DNA from: Amphiscolops sp. MND2022
Lineage: Eukaryota
Direction of reading: 5' to 3'
Assembly: GCA_964187785.1 (NCBI GenBank)
Contig: OZ076409.1
Coordinates: 56,918,001 to 56,982,000, forward strand
Length of the DNA stretch: 64,000 nucleotides
Below are positions 13,301-24,840 of this stretch, piece by piece; within the stretch, counting starts at the first letter, position 1, and the number at the start of each line of letters is the position of its first letter. Below the pieces are notes generated by a model, which saw nothing but the letters and a program-made list of their open reading frames with translations, had not been told where the DNA came from and made no database searches. The translations under genes and the position numbers were made by a program.

Positions 13301-14960
13301 GTGTTTGGATGCTTCTTTGGATAGTTCTGCCTGACCATATGCTTAGTCTGGATCGATTTTTGACATCCATATTTCTTGCCGTATATAATTTTTGCCGTAA
13401 TTTTGCTGATCAGTTTTTCCATGTTCGGCATGGTTGCTTTTCATCTCATGCAAGCCTCGTTTAATTTTCGTGAGTCTAGAGCTATTTTAACCGATTTGTC
13501 TTTATTAAGGGTATCACGGCGGGGAAACAAAACAATTTTCAATCGTCTGGTCTGCTTTCTCGAGGTGTCCCTTCTCTATCAGTTTTTCCAGCTCTTGCCG
13601 TATGGTGTTTTGGAAATGGATAGATACGGGTCTTTCCTTTTATTCTATTGGTTTGGTTGTATTGTTTTTCAATTGGATGTCTGTCAAATCATTTATCGTG
13701 TGGTTGTTTCTGAGTAGATCTTCATATTCTCCAATTATTTTTCGCGTTTTTCGTCGTTGATCACATTTCTAATAATGTTGGTGTTTTTGCTACCTTGCAG
13801 ACCAATTTCCAGCTTGTCTAACCAATTTAGTCCCAAAATGGCCTGTGTGCATTTTGTGGTCAATTGGGTATCATTTGGACTAATTCTCGGCGGAACAATT
13901 GTGACTGGACAGCCTGTATCGATACTGAATTCTATTGGCTGTCCCTCGACCATTAGGATTGCTTTATAGAAGTCAATCCGGGTAACGCCGTTCGCGTACT
14001 GTATATGATCGAGTTCTTGCCATGGCTCCGAATTGCGGCCCGTTTCTGCTTCTTCTTGTATCCGGTTCACGGTCTTTGATCGGAATACTTTAGCAAAGTG
14101 CCCCCTTCTCTTGCATTTATTGAACTATGTTTTCCGTGCCGGGAATGAATGTTTCGACGTCCAATTTGATATTCCGCAAACATGGCAATTTCGAATATTT
14201 TCTTTCTTCTTGTCCGCTTCGTTCAGTCTCTTCTTCCGTATTGGTTTTGTGTAAGCAATCTCTTCTCCATCTGAGGAACTGTCTGAGGATGCTTCCCTCT
14301 GCTTTCTAATTTGAGATTTTTTGTCGTCGTACTTACGGTTTTAGTTGCCCATTTCGATAGTTTCCAGTACCAATGGTCGTGTCAGTGGTCCTCTAATGAA
14401 TTTGTCCAGTGCCTTCGTGTCGTCTATTGTGGCTGGAATTTATACGTGATTGTTTCTTCTGGTGTGATTCTGTTATATTCGCACTTTCTTTTGATATCCA
14501 CAAGGTTTTTCCAATATTCATCAAGTGTCTCGTTGTCTTGTTTGATTTTGAGGATTTGTCTCTGCCGTGGAATACATTTCTCGTGGGTAAGAATGTCTTC
14601 TTGAACAATTTTAAAAATTCTTGTAGGCTGATGTCCTTCAGTTTTTTTGTCCCATTTACCTCTTATTATCTCATGTTTTGCATTTGGACCCAATGCCCAA
14701 ATGACATCGCCTTTGTTGTGGTGGGTTATCTGTGCATCCAGAGAGTTGGTTCCAAGCTCTATCAATTCTTCTAGGTTTTTCTGGTATGTGAGATCAATGT
14801 TTTCTGAGATTTCTTCCCGCCACATTCTCGGGTTAGTTTTTGTCAGATCCGTCTTTCTATCCGAAAGAATCCGTATTTTGTAAATATTTCTCTCCATCCT
14901 TTCTACAATCGTGGCTTGATTCGGGGCTGTATGGTCAGTTGTGTTTGTAGCATCCATATT
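10330..14960 (-). pseudogene. pol: Fragmented gag-pol
   Basis: Short ORFs carry gag (14424-15056), protease-like FSIDTGCPVTIV (13735-14070), RT MPNMEKLISKIT (13108-13431), RNase H AHFDPKKDNFIATDACTTGLG...FRPIAFAS (12620-12820) and integrase FKEFC...TPNLHTGTG...RTIRTLKSL (11472-11669); many stops and frameshifts. Confidence 0.88.
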
Positions 14961-14974
14961 TTCTCGTTGTTTAT

Positions 14975-14987
14975 GCCGACTGCGCCA
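14975..14987 (-). promoter_or_regulatory. Primer-binding site TGGCGCAGTCGGC (tRNA-Ser-type)
   Basis: Abuts the 5' LTR end; TGGCGCAGTCGG is the tRNA-Ser-type PBS known from Drosophila 17.6/297-group elements. Confidence 0.75.
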
Positions 14988-15186
14988 TGTAAAAAACTGA
15001 TAAAAGGAGGTAAGAAGGATCTTCAATTGTAAAATCAACGAATGTACTATGAACAAAACTCAGTATCGTAAAAGTATGCTGTATACTATATCGAACTCAA
15101 AAGCACTAATAAATGAATGGATTGTCTAAGTTGTTTATGGGGCAGGTACTTCTGCGTCAGAATTGATTGACACTATCTGCTCTTCA
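14988..15186 (-). repeat. 5' LTR (199 bp)
   Basis: Direct repeat of 10132-10329, flanked by the PBS and the TSD. Confidence 0.9.
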
Positions 15187-17100
15187 CAGTTAAAACATCA
15201 CTCAGACACTAAACGACTTGCCCTTGAAAATACTAATGGGAAAAGTTACACAGCAAAATTTCACAGTTTAGCGAGCCAAAACCTTCCGCAGATCAATGAG
15301 TCAGACATTTTCAACGTTTGCAAAGATAGATCAAATTAAAGAGTCTCTTGTTTATATCTCAATTTCATCGTCAAGTAAATAAGTTAACGTATAACAATTG
15401 AGAGAGAGAGAGTAGTAGGCTCTATTTGATGCCTCAGGAATTTTGTAGATAGAGAATTGGTTCTTAGTTTCTGGTTGCAAATCTCTACGTCTTATCAAAT
15501 AATTGGGTCGAAGACTGAAAACGGCATCAAACCTCGTTTTCTTTCATTATTACGTAACAGTTTTCAAATGGCTGTGATGCTTGTTCAAGTTCCGAGCAGC
15601 AACATGCGACGGGTCATCATTCTGTCATCTTCTCGGTAGGTTGTCATAACAGTTAGGCTTGGGGAGTTAATTTTATAAGTAGCTAGTAACCTGCGGAAAC
15701 AGTGATTCACTTAAACGAACCTTTAAGGACTTTCTAATGCATTTAGGGACTCTGATTCGTTTTTTACCAATCGACCGGTAAGTCCTTAGCACATCGAAAA
15801 GGTAAACTTTCTGAAATATTACTTCTTTAGCTGTTTCACGTTTTGGAAAAACAAAAAACCGAAACCTTTTTACTCAAAACATTCATATAGAAATACACCT
15901 CCTACTGTGACCGCCAATTTAAACCTTCATTCGTGACGGTGATTTTGATTTAAAAACACTTTATAGCCTACGACTCAAGTCTTTTATAACTGAGTTGACT
16001 TTTAGCTTAGAAATTAGTTTCTCCCGATGATCAAACTATTTTGTTTAACTTTTTTCGACTTCATTTGTTTTGTTTTTATGAACCTTCGTCACAACTGGCA
16101 AAAGATGTATATCAATTTTCTTTAACAGAATTAAAAATCTGTTTCAGCGGCTTTTTCCAACCTTCTCTGCCAGAAACTACTGAATTGCTGAAAACTACTT
16201 GTTCCGGTTCATTTTATCAACTTTCATTTGTTCAATAAACACCAATGATTCTCTTCGGCGTCAGGAAACGCTTGAAAGGCAGGCTAGAAAACTGGAAAAA
16301 AATCGAAAGTTTAACGTAAGAAAGCGGAAATGGCTTTCAAAGACGTTTGGGACATCTTTATGAAATTCTTCTCTGTGGTGGGAAAGGTCCGAAGGAAACC
16401 CTTTCTGTCTGGTGCTTTTTGGTAATTCAAGTAAAAGTGTAGAATGATCATTTTTGCCAAAATTCCTTTCAAAAATTTTATTACCTTGCAGGATTTTGTA
16501 CGATTCTATCAAAATTCAAACGTTTTGCTCTGGGAACGTTCCGTTTGTTCTCATGCCGTCTGGTGGTAACAAAAGCAGGCCCAAGACTCAAAAAATGAAG
16601 AAAGACGTGGTATTAAATGCTCTAATGTTTTCCAAAAAAAACCTCAAAAAAATGTTGCTACCTGGGATCTCACAGCCTTGTGTCTCACAGCGCACTCGTT
16701 AATCAATAAGCATTTTTTGCAAACTTCGAAACAACAAATTTCAAACCTCTAGGACAAATCGCCTTTGATATTTCATGTTTGTTTAAGTTACGTCGGTAAA
16801 ATTATTGGGTCACTTGCGTCGCAATGAAAGAAAAACGACAAAAAACACATATAAATTTATAAAATTCGGTCCTCAATATTTATACAATTTTTTGATACAA
16901 TTTATACAGTTTCGATATGGGTCGATAACCTGATAACTTGACACCTTTTTGTATAGTCATTTCGTCTAGCTGTGTCATTGAGTATACTATAGTATAATAT
17001 ACTATAGTATACTATAGTATAATACTGAGCATGGAACAATATATATTTGAAATCGCTGATGACAAATTACTCTGTCAACATTCACGTTAGCAACCGTTAG

Positions 17101-17410
17101 AAAACGAGCCGAGAACGGCCCAAACCGGCGCCCGCTAAGGTTCAAAAAAGTAAATGTTTTTTAGAAATGCAAAGGACATTTTTGTTGAAATTTCATCAAT
17201 TTTACAGTGCCAAAAAATACCTCGAGGGATACGTATAAGACTCAAAAATCACCTCTTCCCCAACTGGAAACAGCAAAGAAACCATCTCAATCAACCGGAA
17301 ACCTCTAAAAAATTGAGAAAAAATGTATTAGGTAAGTCGCATAGTAAAAACGCTAACGAAAAGCCAAGACTACAGTCGACTCTTTTCTTAAGAAAAGCGC
17401 CGACTAAAAA
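17101..17410. mobile_element. Non-autonomous Helentron-like element, family A, apparently complete
   Basis: The left end is an A-run, hairpin GCCG-AGAA-CGGC, then CCGGCGC; the right end is GCGCCGACT (17397-17405) followed by AAAAA. Related ends lie at about 19975-20003 and 21170-21198 (reversed), 32757-32803, 50728-50757 and 53555-53603. Confidence 0.6.
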
Positions 17411-17967
17411 TATCCAAAAAATCGGATCTTTTCCATTTGCCTCATTCTGCAGTGGTTTTTGATTACCCATTTTGTAAAAACCTGCTTTTCATTTGTTTCT
17501 GCAGTGTCAGCTGTATCAGTTTGCTCGCGTATTTCACAAACAAAATGTATTTGTTCGAAGAGTTGATATGATTTCAAAAATTAGTGTCCGAATCAGGAAT
17601 ACGATCTTTGTAACAGAGTTTGTACTCAACATTTTTCAATCAGTCTCAGGACTTCTCCGAAAAATTTTCTCAATCGTATGAATGTCCTTTCCCAGAACTT
17701 TATGCTGAATTATTTTAGCTCTTTCAAAACTTTCATTTGATCTTTCTGATTTGTACTTTTTATAGTGAAATATGAGTATTTGAGGCTTCAGAGTTTCGAC
17801 TTTCCATACATGGCCAGAGGTGGTTTATACATGCATGGCCACGGATGTTCCATTGATGACCCAGTGGTGGTCTGTCGATGAGTTCAGGGTGGTCGTTCTG
17901 AGTATCGGACGTTTTTTGAATGTTTTCAAAATGTTGGTTTCCATCCCTGGCCAGGAACGGAACTGCC

Positions 17968-18912
17968 GGGAGGCGGAAATTTCGTCGACAGTAATTTCGT
18001 CGTCAGAAATTTCGTCGTAGAAAGTTTCGTCGTATTACCAAATCCAGAAATTTCGTCGTCAGACATGTCGTCGTCGGATATTTCGTCGTATTGATTAGAA
18101 TTACCAGCGTAACGAAAAGACATCATTTGAAGTATTCAATTATTTAATTATTAAAATGTGATCTTGAGAATAAGAACCAAAATTGAGTCAAAAAGTTAAT
18201 TGCATTCAATCAACTGATCAAGACGCTCATTGAGCAATGGTATATTTTCAGTTCTAACAGTGGAACGAGTTGCCTCTTCAGAGTCGAATTATTTAGAATC
18301 GAAAACTGCAAGTGAAAGTTCCAGGGTCGAATTATTTAGGATCGAATTTTACAGGGCACTGTAGCAATTGTATAATATTAATAAAAATTTCAATTCTTTC
18401 AATCCTAGCTAAAATGTCAAAATTCGATCCTATAAACTTTTGCACATTTTCGATCCTGTACAATTCGACTCTGTGCAGCAATCCCAGTGCAACTACTTAT
18501 CGGACCTTTACAATACAATTTAGGCTTGCTCCAGGGGTGAATTTTTGCTTTTTATCAGAAAATTGTTTTAAAATCCTGGTAATTTTTGCTTTAAGTGTCG
18601 AAACAACTCCGTGTTGGGGAGATAAGGAACAAGATAAATCTGGGGGGGGCTATTTTTTCAAAACCATAACTAAAAGTAGTCAATGATAGCAATAATTGCA
18701 CAATTATTGTTAATTATCAAGATAATTAACAAATCTTGATAATTACTAAGGCTCAATAATGAAACGATTCCTAAAAGATTAGAGAAAATGCGACGATTTA
18801 TAGATCGTAATCACCGACGACGAAATTTCTGACGACGAAATTTCTGACGACGAAATTTCCGACGACGAAATTTCTTGCGAGGAAGTTTCACACGACGAAA
18901 TCTCTGGTAATG
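17968..18912. mobile_element. Non-autonomous Mutator/Phantom- or Foldback-like DNA transposon
   Basis: 9-bp direct repeat GGAACTGCC at 17959-17967 and 18913-18921. Inverted arrays of an about 15-bp GAAATTTCGTCGTCA unit lie at about 17976-18090 and 18813-18903. Confidence 0.7.
18279..18473. mobile_element. Nested MITE-like inverted-repeat element
   Basis: CAGAGTCGAATT (18279-18290) and AATTCGACTCTG (18462-18473) are perfect inverted repeats, with internal GGATCGAA/TTCGATCC subrepeats. Confidence 0.55.
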
Positions 18913-19111
18913 GGAACTGCCATGAATCATTCATGGCATTAGATGGAATACCCTGGAGTCTCGGTACGGGAAGGCAGTAACTATCACTTGAACCATGCCG
19001 AAGTTTGAGTCGCTGAAGACCGCTTTTTTGAACCAATAAAACAAACCTGACAAACAAACATATTCCATAATCAATTAAATCCTGGAATCATTCTAAGTCA
19101 AGACGTTAAGA

Positions 19112-21500
19112 CCCAATTCCTGAATTTCACAATTCTGTCAAAAATTGAAAATACCTCAATATTTCTTCGGATTACTTTGACCCAGTAATGCTCTATTAGA
19201 TCGGGAACAAATGTCACAGAAAACCCATTTTTCCTGATTCAGGGAAGAATTCTAAACTCGTTTTTGGAAAAATTTGAAGTTGTAATTTGGTGTCAAGAAC
19301 ACACCCATATGAAATCGAGCCATAGCCTTAGTCATTTTTTTCGATACACCTGAACTGTCCAAAATTTCTTCTATTTTGGCAATCTGCATACTACCTTTGA
19401 ATAGTAAAGAGTCCCCTCCGACAATAACACAACCCATACCGGAATTAACGCAAACCGGAAATAATGAATTCCCGATATGACGTATACCGGATATAACGTT
19501 TCCTTGAGAATTTTCAAAAGGGTCGCCTTTTTGATTTTTAGGATACGTAGGGTTGATACAAAGTCATTTGAAGCCAAAGGGTCCCCCATTGGATTTTTTT
19601 TGGTTTTGTGAGGCCCTATTCTTTTTCATCTTAACTCAACATCTGTTTCTCAAAACTTTATCAAACTTTGTTTAAGCTTTTTTGGCTCTGTGCCTTTCTT
19701 CCGAAACTTTCATTTGGTCAAAGGGTACGCTTTTGCTTGCATAGTTGTTTTCGGCTTGAGAAAAGTTAGTTGTTCGAGCTGAAAGTTCTTTTTTAGCACT
19801 ATGAGACTTTACCAAAAATATATATATATTTTTCGAAAAATGGAATTTTTGTGTTTCCAGTTGGGGATAAGGTGTTTCCGAGTCTTATGCGTATCCTTTG
19901 GGGGTATTTTCGGCACTGAGAAAGTGACAGAAGTTTAAAAACAATGTCCCTTGCATATTCGAGAAACTTGAGCGGGCCCCGACGTGGGCCTGTCCCGGCT
20001 TGTTCCTTTAAGATCATGCTTATACAGTGTTAAAAGTGTTCATTGAATAATTTCATAAGTCTGATGTCTGGATCAAAAAATGAGGCAAATGATTCAAACC
20101 CCGCGAAGTTCTAGAACCATTTGACGAAATCATGCAGAACTTGGATGAGACTTAGGTTAGGAAAAAGGGAACCATAAGTCTATTTCTCTATTCCGGGAGC
20201 TCGCCATCGGCCATCGATGGCCAATTTTTTGAAGATGAAAAGTGAGATAGCGGAAAGACCGGATGCAGTCTTACCGCTGTCCCACTTTTCGTCTTTAAAA
20301 AATTTCCCAATTCCTAAATTTCACAACTCTGTCAAAAATTGAAAATACCTCAATATTTCTTCGGATTACTTTGACCCAGTAATGCTCGATTAGATCGGGA
20401 ACAAATGTCACAGAAAACCCATTTTTCCTGATTCAGGGAAGAATTCTAAACTCGTTTTTGGAAAAGTTTGAAGTTGTAATTTGGTGTCAAGAACACACCC
20501 ATATGAAATCGAGCCATAGCCTTAGTCATTTTTTTCGATACACCTGAACTGTCCAAAATTTCTTCTATTTTGGCAATCTGCATACTACCTTTGAATAGTA
20601 AAGAGTCCCCTCCGACAATAACACAACCCATACCGGAATTAACGCAAACCGGAAATAATGAATTCCCGATATGACGTATACCGGATATAACGTTTCCTTG
20701 AGAATTTTCAAAAGGGTCGCCTTTTTGATTTTTAGGATACGTAGGGTTGATACAAAGTCATTTGAAGCCAAAGGGTCCCCCATTGGATTTTTTTTGGTTT
20801 TGTGAGGCCCTATTCTTTTTCATCTTAACTCAACATCTGTTTCTCAAAACTTTATCAAACTTTGTTTAAGCTTTTTTGGCTCTGTGCCTTTTTTCCGAAA
20901 CTTTCATTTGGTCAAAGGGTACGCTTTTGCTTGCATAGTTGTTTTCGGCTTGAGAAAAGTTAGTTGTTCGAGCTGAAAGTTCTTTTTTTAGCACTATGAG
21001 ACTTTACCAAAAATATATATATATTTTTCGAAAAATGGAATTTTTGTGTTTCCAGTTGGGGAAAAGGTGTTTCCGAGTCTTATGCGTATCTTTTGGGGGT
21101 ATTTTCGGCACTGAGAAAGTGACAGAAGTTTAAAAACAATGTCCCTTGCATATTCGAGAAACTTGAGCGGGCCCCGACGTGGGCCTGTCCCGGCTTGTTC
21201 CTTTAAGATCATGCTTATACAGTGTTAAAAGTGTTCATTGAATAATTTCATAAGTCTGATGTCTGGATCAAAAAATGAGGCAAATGATTCAAACCCCGCG
21301 AAGTTCTAGAAGCATTTGACGAAATCATGCAGAACTTGGATGAGACTTAGGTTAGGAAAAAGGGAACCATAAGTCTATTTCTTTATTCCGGGAGCTCGCC
21401 ATCGGCCATCGATGGCCAATTTTTTGAAGATGAAAAGTGAGATAGCGGAAAGACCGGATGCGGTCTTACCGCTGTCCCACTTTTCATCTTTAAAAAATTT
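19112..21500. repeat. Tandem duplication of an about 1.19-kb unit (19112-20305, 20306-21500)
   Basis: Near-identical units with duplicated short ORFs in the ORF track; each unit ends in an 82-nt hairpin. Confidence 0.95.
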
Positions 21501-22099
21501 AGACAAGTTCCGGAAGATTTTCGTGGCCGCGGGAAATGTAATTCAGATTTGAATGACGTCAAAAACTAGCTGCATTGCGAGAAATGACTTTAGGGGCACT
21601 TTGGAGGAATTTAAAAGAGCAAATAAATGACAGGAGATGTAGCCAAGTAGTTAATCTGGAGTCTAGTCGGAAAAGGCCCTCAAACGGCGGCGCATCTGTG
21701 GCTGGACAAACAAGTAATAAAAAAGTACAAACGAATTGAGAGTGAGGCTAAACCTCAATTTTAGATTATCTTCTTTGATGCTGCCGTTTGCAACTGATAC
21801 CATTGGAGATTTGAACAATTGTTCAATCGATCAAGCGCAACTGCCGTTTCTCTTCTCCCGTCTCCCATATTGACCTTTATAGCCACCTCCAATTTAAAAA
21901 AGCACGTGCCACTACAATCAGCAGTGTCTTTGGTATTGATTCAATTTCAACATTCTTGAAAATTTTGTGGCTTGGCTGTTTTCAATTAGGCTTTAATATT
22001 TTTAATAGTACTTTACTGGCATAGTCTGCCATTCAGTTCAAAATTTACTGCAAAGCCTGCTGGTTGGAAATTTAATATTTAGGTTGAAACAGATGAAAA

Positions 22100-22298
22100 G
22101 GTTACAGGACAAAAAACCAGAGGACAAAATACCGAAGGACAAAATGCCAGAACGGTCGGCCTCCGTCAAAACCAGCAGCTGGTCAGGAACGGTCCGCTTC
22201 CTTTCTGTATTTAGGGACCTACAGAAAGTTCAATATGCTGGTATTTTGTCTCAATGGGATTTTGCCTAAAAAGTATTATTTTGTCTTATCTAATTCCC
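22100..22298. repeat. Small degenerate inverted-repeat (MITE-like) element with 15-bp subrepeats
   Basis: Three AGGACAAAA units at about 22106-22150 face decayed ATTTTGTCT units at about 22240-22290; no TSD identified. Confidence 0.45.
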
Positions 22299-23849
22299 AA
22301 AAATAAATTAAAGCAATTTTTTCACATCTATGAAATGGAGGCTTCGAAATACAAAACAGCAGTGTCTGTAGAAACTCAATGGCTTCAACGGTCAAGTTTC
22401 AAACACGAATATCCTGAAAACGAAAATGTTTAGAAAAATGAGAAAGTTCATTACAACCATGATTACCCTCCAACCGACAGTGGTGCTGTCGAATTTAGCA
22501 CATTTCAGAGTTCATTCAAAAATCCTAACAGCGCTCTGACGTGTCAGGTGGCATGCCCGATTCCTCTGTTACAGCCCTTCTATGAGAAGCTCCTTTGTTA
22601 AAATTATCGGAAAATGCTAAAAATTTCACTTGTACTCGTAAAAATTGAAGTTTTAACCCGATTGGCAAAATACCGGACATGGAGAAAACACATAGAAGTT
22701 TTTTCGCGTTTAACTTTTTTCCAGTATTTGGGAATCCAGCCTTGCTGCTGTGGAGTTGTTTAGTATTCCCATCCTGTAGTTTTGAGTCCATTTGCATAAT
22801 TTATCTTTTGGATATGTTAATAGAGACCCTTCAATGAAAAATTACCGGAGAAAAAAACGACGACCCATCCGTCCATCAATACCTATTACTTAAAAATTAC
22901 TTTAAAAGTCGATATTTTCATGGCTTTGACGGTTGAGGTTACAAAAGTTGAAAGAAAGGGCCCCTAAAGATTTTTCGGCTCTAAGCGACCTCCGTCCGAT
23001 TTTCAAAAGTCTGCATTTTGATTACTTAGATATTTGGCTTCGATATGGATGGCCAAAGTGTCCCTTGTTAACTGTTTTTGTTGTCACTGTAATCGTTTTT
23101 ATTTTGTGGAATATTGTTGCTATTGGTTTTGCCTTTCGCTTTTTAACCTTTTTTGGAAATTCATTGGGGAGACAGATCAAGATCCAGTTGTAAATGGCGG
23201 TGAGATTTGAGTCAGCTAAATTTCCATTTTCGAGCCAACCAAAATGAATAGTTTTATGAGCCATTTGAAGGTTAATCTAATTTTAGGAATCAATGTGCAA
23301 ACAATTTGATGACGCAGATGAAATTCATGGAATGAAAGAATGAAAACAGAGTTCCTCAGTTGCTATTTTTCGTGAGCACTTCTGAGTGCCTCAAACTAGC
23401 ATGTGCATTACACAATACGAACCAAAAAGTAGAACTCTCAAAAAGTCAAGCTTGCAAAATACAAAAAATATTGATCAACAAACGCTTCAAAGCAGCTTTG
23501 AACGCTGCAATTTTGCTTGTCAATCATGAAAACACAACTTTGTTTGATCACAATGAAGCAAGAAATACTAACCTAGTTAAAGTGATAACGAATGGACTGA
23601 TAGAGACATCTAGTGTGCGTTTTGAATTGTTAGGCAGGTGAAAACTTTGAATACTTTTTCTCAATTTTTCTCAAGTAATTATGGCATTCAAACTAAATTG
23701 AAACATATTAACTGCATTACTCAAATTTCAGCAAAAAATCAACAACGGTGAGTTAAAAATTACACTTTTATCCATTTTCGTTATATTATTTCCTGATAAT
23801 ATTTCAAACATATTTACAGGCAACATTACGTGCTTTGACAAAAATGAAA

Positions 23850-24840
23850 AGAATCAGTTAATCAAATTGTTGGCTAATCAGGAATGTATCCGTATATCCA
23901 TCGAAATTGCCTAAATGTTATCTCGAGATCACCGAACAATCAAGCATTTTGTGGAAAAAGCGTTCAAAGACAGAACTGAAGTGATAAAGGTAACTTTAGA
24001 ATAATCAGAAAAGAAAAGGTTTTAAAGATTGCCCGAAATGACCCCTCAAATGTGTTTCAATGAGAGCAATATTCAAATTGAATTTAGAGCCTACCGCTAA
24101 AAAAAGATGACAGTTCTGGATAAAATAAAATCAGCGCATAAAAAGCCTCCGCCGATCATCAACCATTTGGAGAAGAAGGCTGAAATTGCAATCAGTTACA
24201 GGAAGCAGGATTTTTCTAAAATCTTGTTTATCTTGTTTACACAGGAGTCTCGAGCATCCTTCGACGGTCCAGAGGAATTTTCAAGGGCCTGGGTATCCAA
24301 AGAAACTGGACATCGCAGTCAGACTATGACAACAGCGATGCGGGCTATTGTTGGGTTTCAACTTATAGGCCCTTTCAAGGTACCAAGTTGAAAATTGCAT
24401 GTCACATACACCGAGTTCCTGGACGAAAAAAATCATTTCCGAAAACACACCTTCTGGAGCTTGGGCTGCAAGACAACTTTTCATTCATGATTGACAATGC
24501 ACCGTCCCATGCTTCCATCATGGCTAGAGAGTTTCTACGCGCTCATGATTTGTCGGGAAAGCGTCTAATGGAGTGATCAGCGAACTCTCCAGACATCAAT
24601 TCAATAGAGAACTTGTTGGCTATAGTAGAAAAAAGTTCTAAGAGTGCTAAACATTACAACATTAAAAGTCATGACTTCTTGGGATTCTGCCATGGGAATC
24701 TATCAAGACTCTTTGCTCAACGGTTGAATCACATATTATTCAAAACCTCACGGTATCAATGGATAACCGGATTGTTTCAATGTTCAAGAACAAGGGAAGC
24801 TATGTCTACTATTCGGTCAATCTTCAACTCGTTAAAATAA
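23850..24840 (+). pseudogene. Tc1/mariner transposase relic, DD37E (TRT-type)
   Basis: ILFTQESRASFDGPEE (decayed first-D motif), FMIDNAPSHAS and ME*SANSPDINSIENL are present, with 37 codons between the second D and the E. Boundaries are approximate and TIRs were not found. Confidence 0.8.

Larger units (their letters stand above)
10132..15186 (-). mobile_element. Full-length decayed Gypsy (Mag-like) LTR retrotransposon
   Basis: LTRs at 10132-10329 and 14988-15186 with TG...CA ends; 5-bp TSD CAGTT (10127-10131 and 15187-15191); PBS, PPT and gag-PR-RT-RH-IN fragments in Gypsy order. Confidence 0.92.

Noticed and set aside
16980..17027. Palindromic (TATAGTATAC)n tract
   Set aside because: Simple AT-rich microsatellite with no supporting context.
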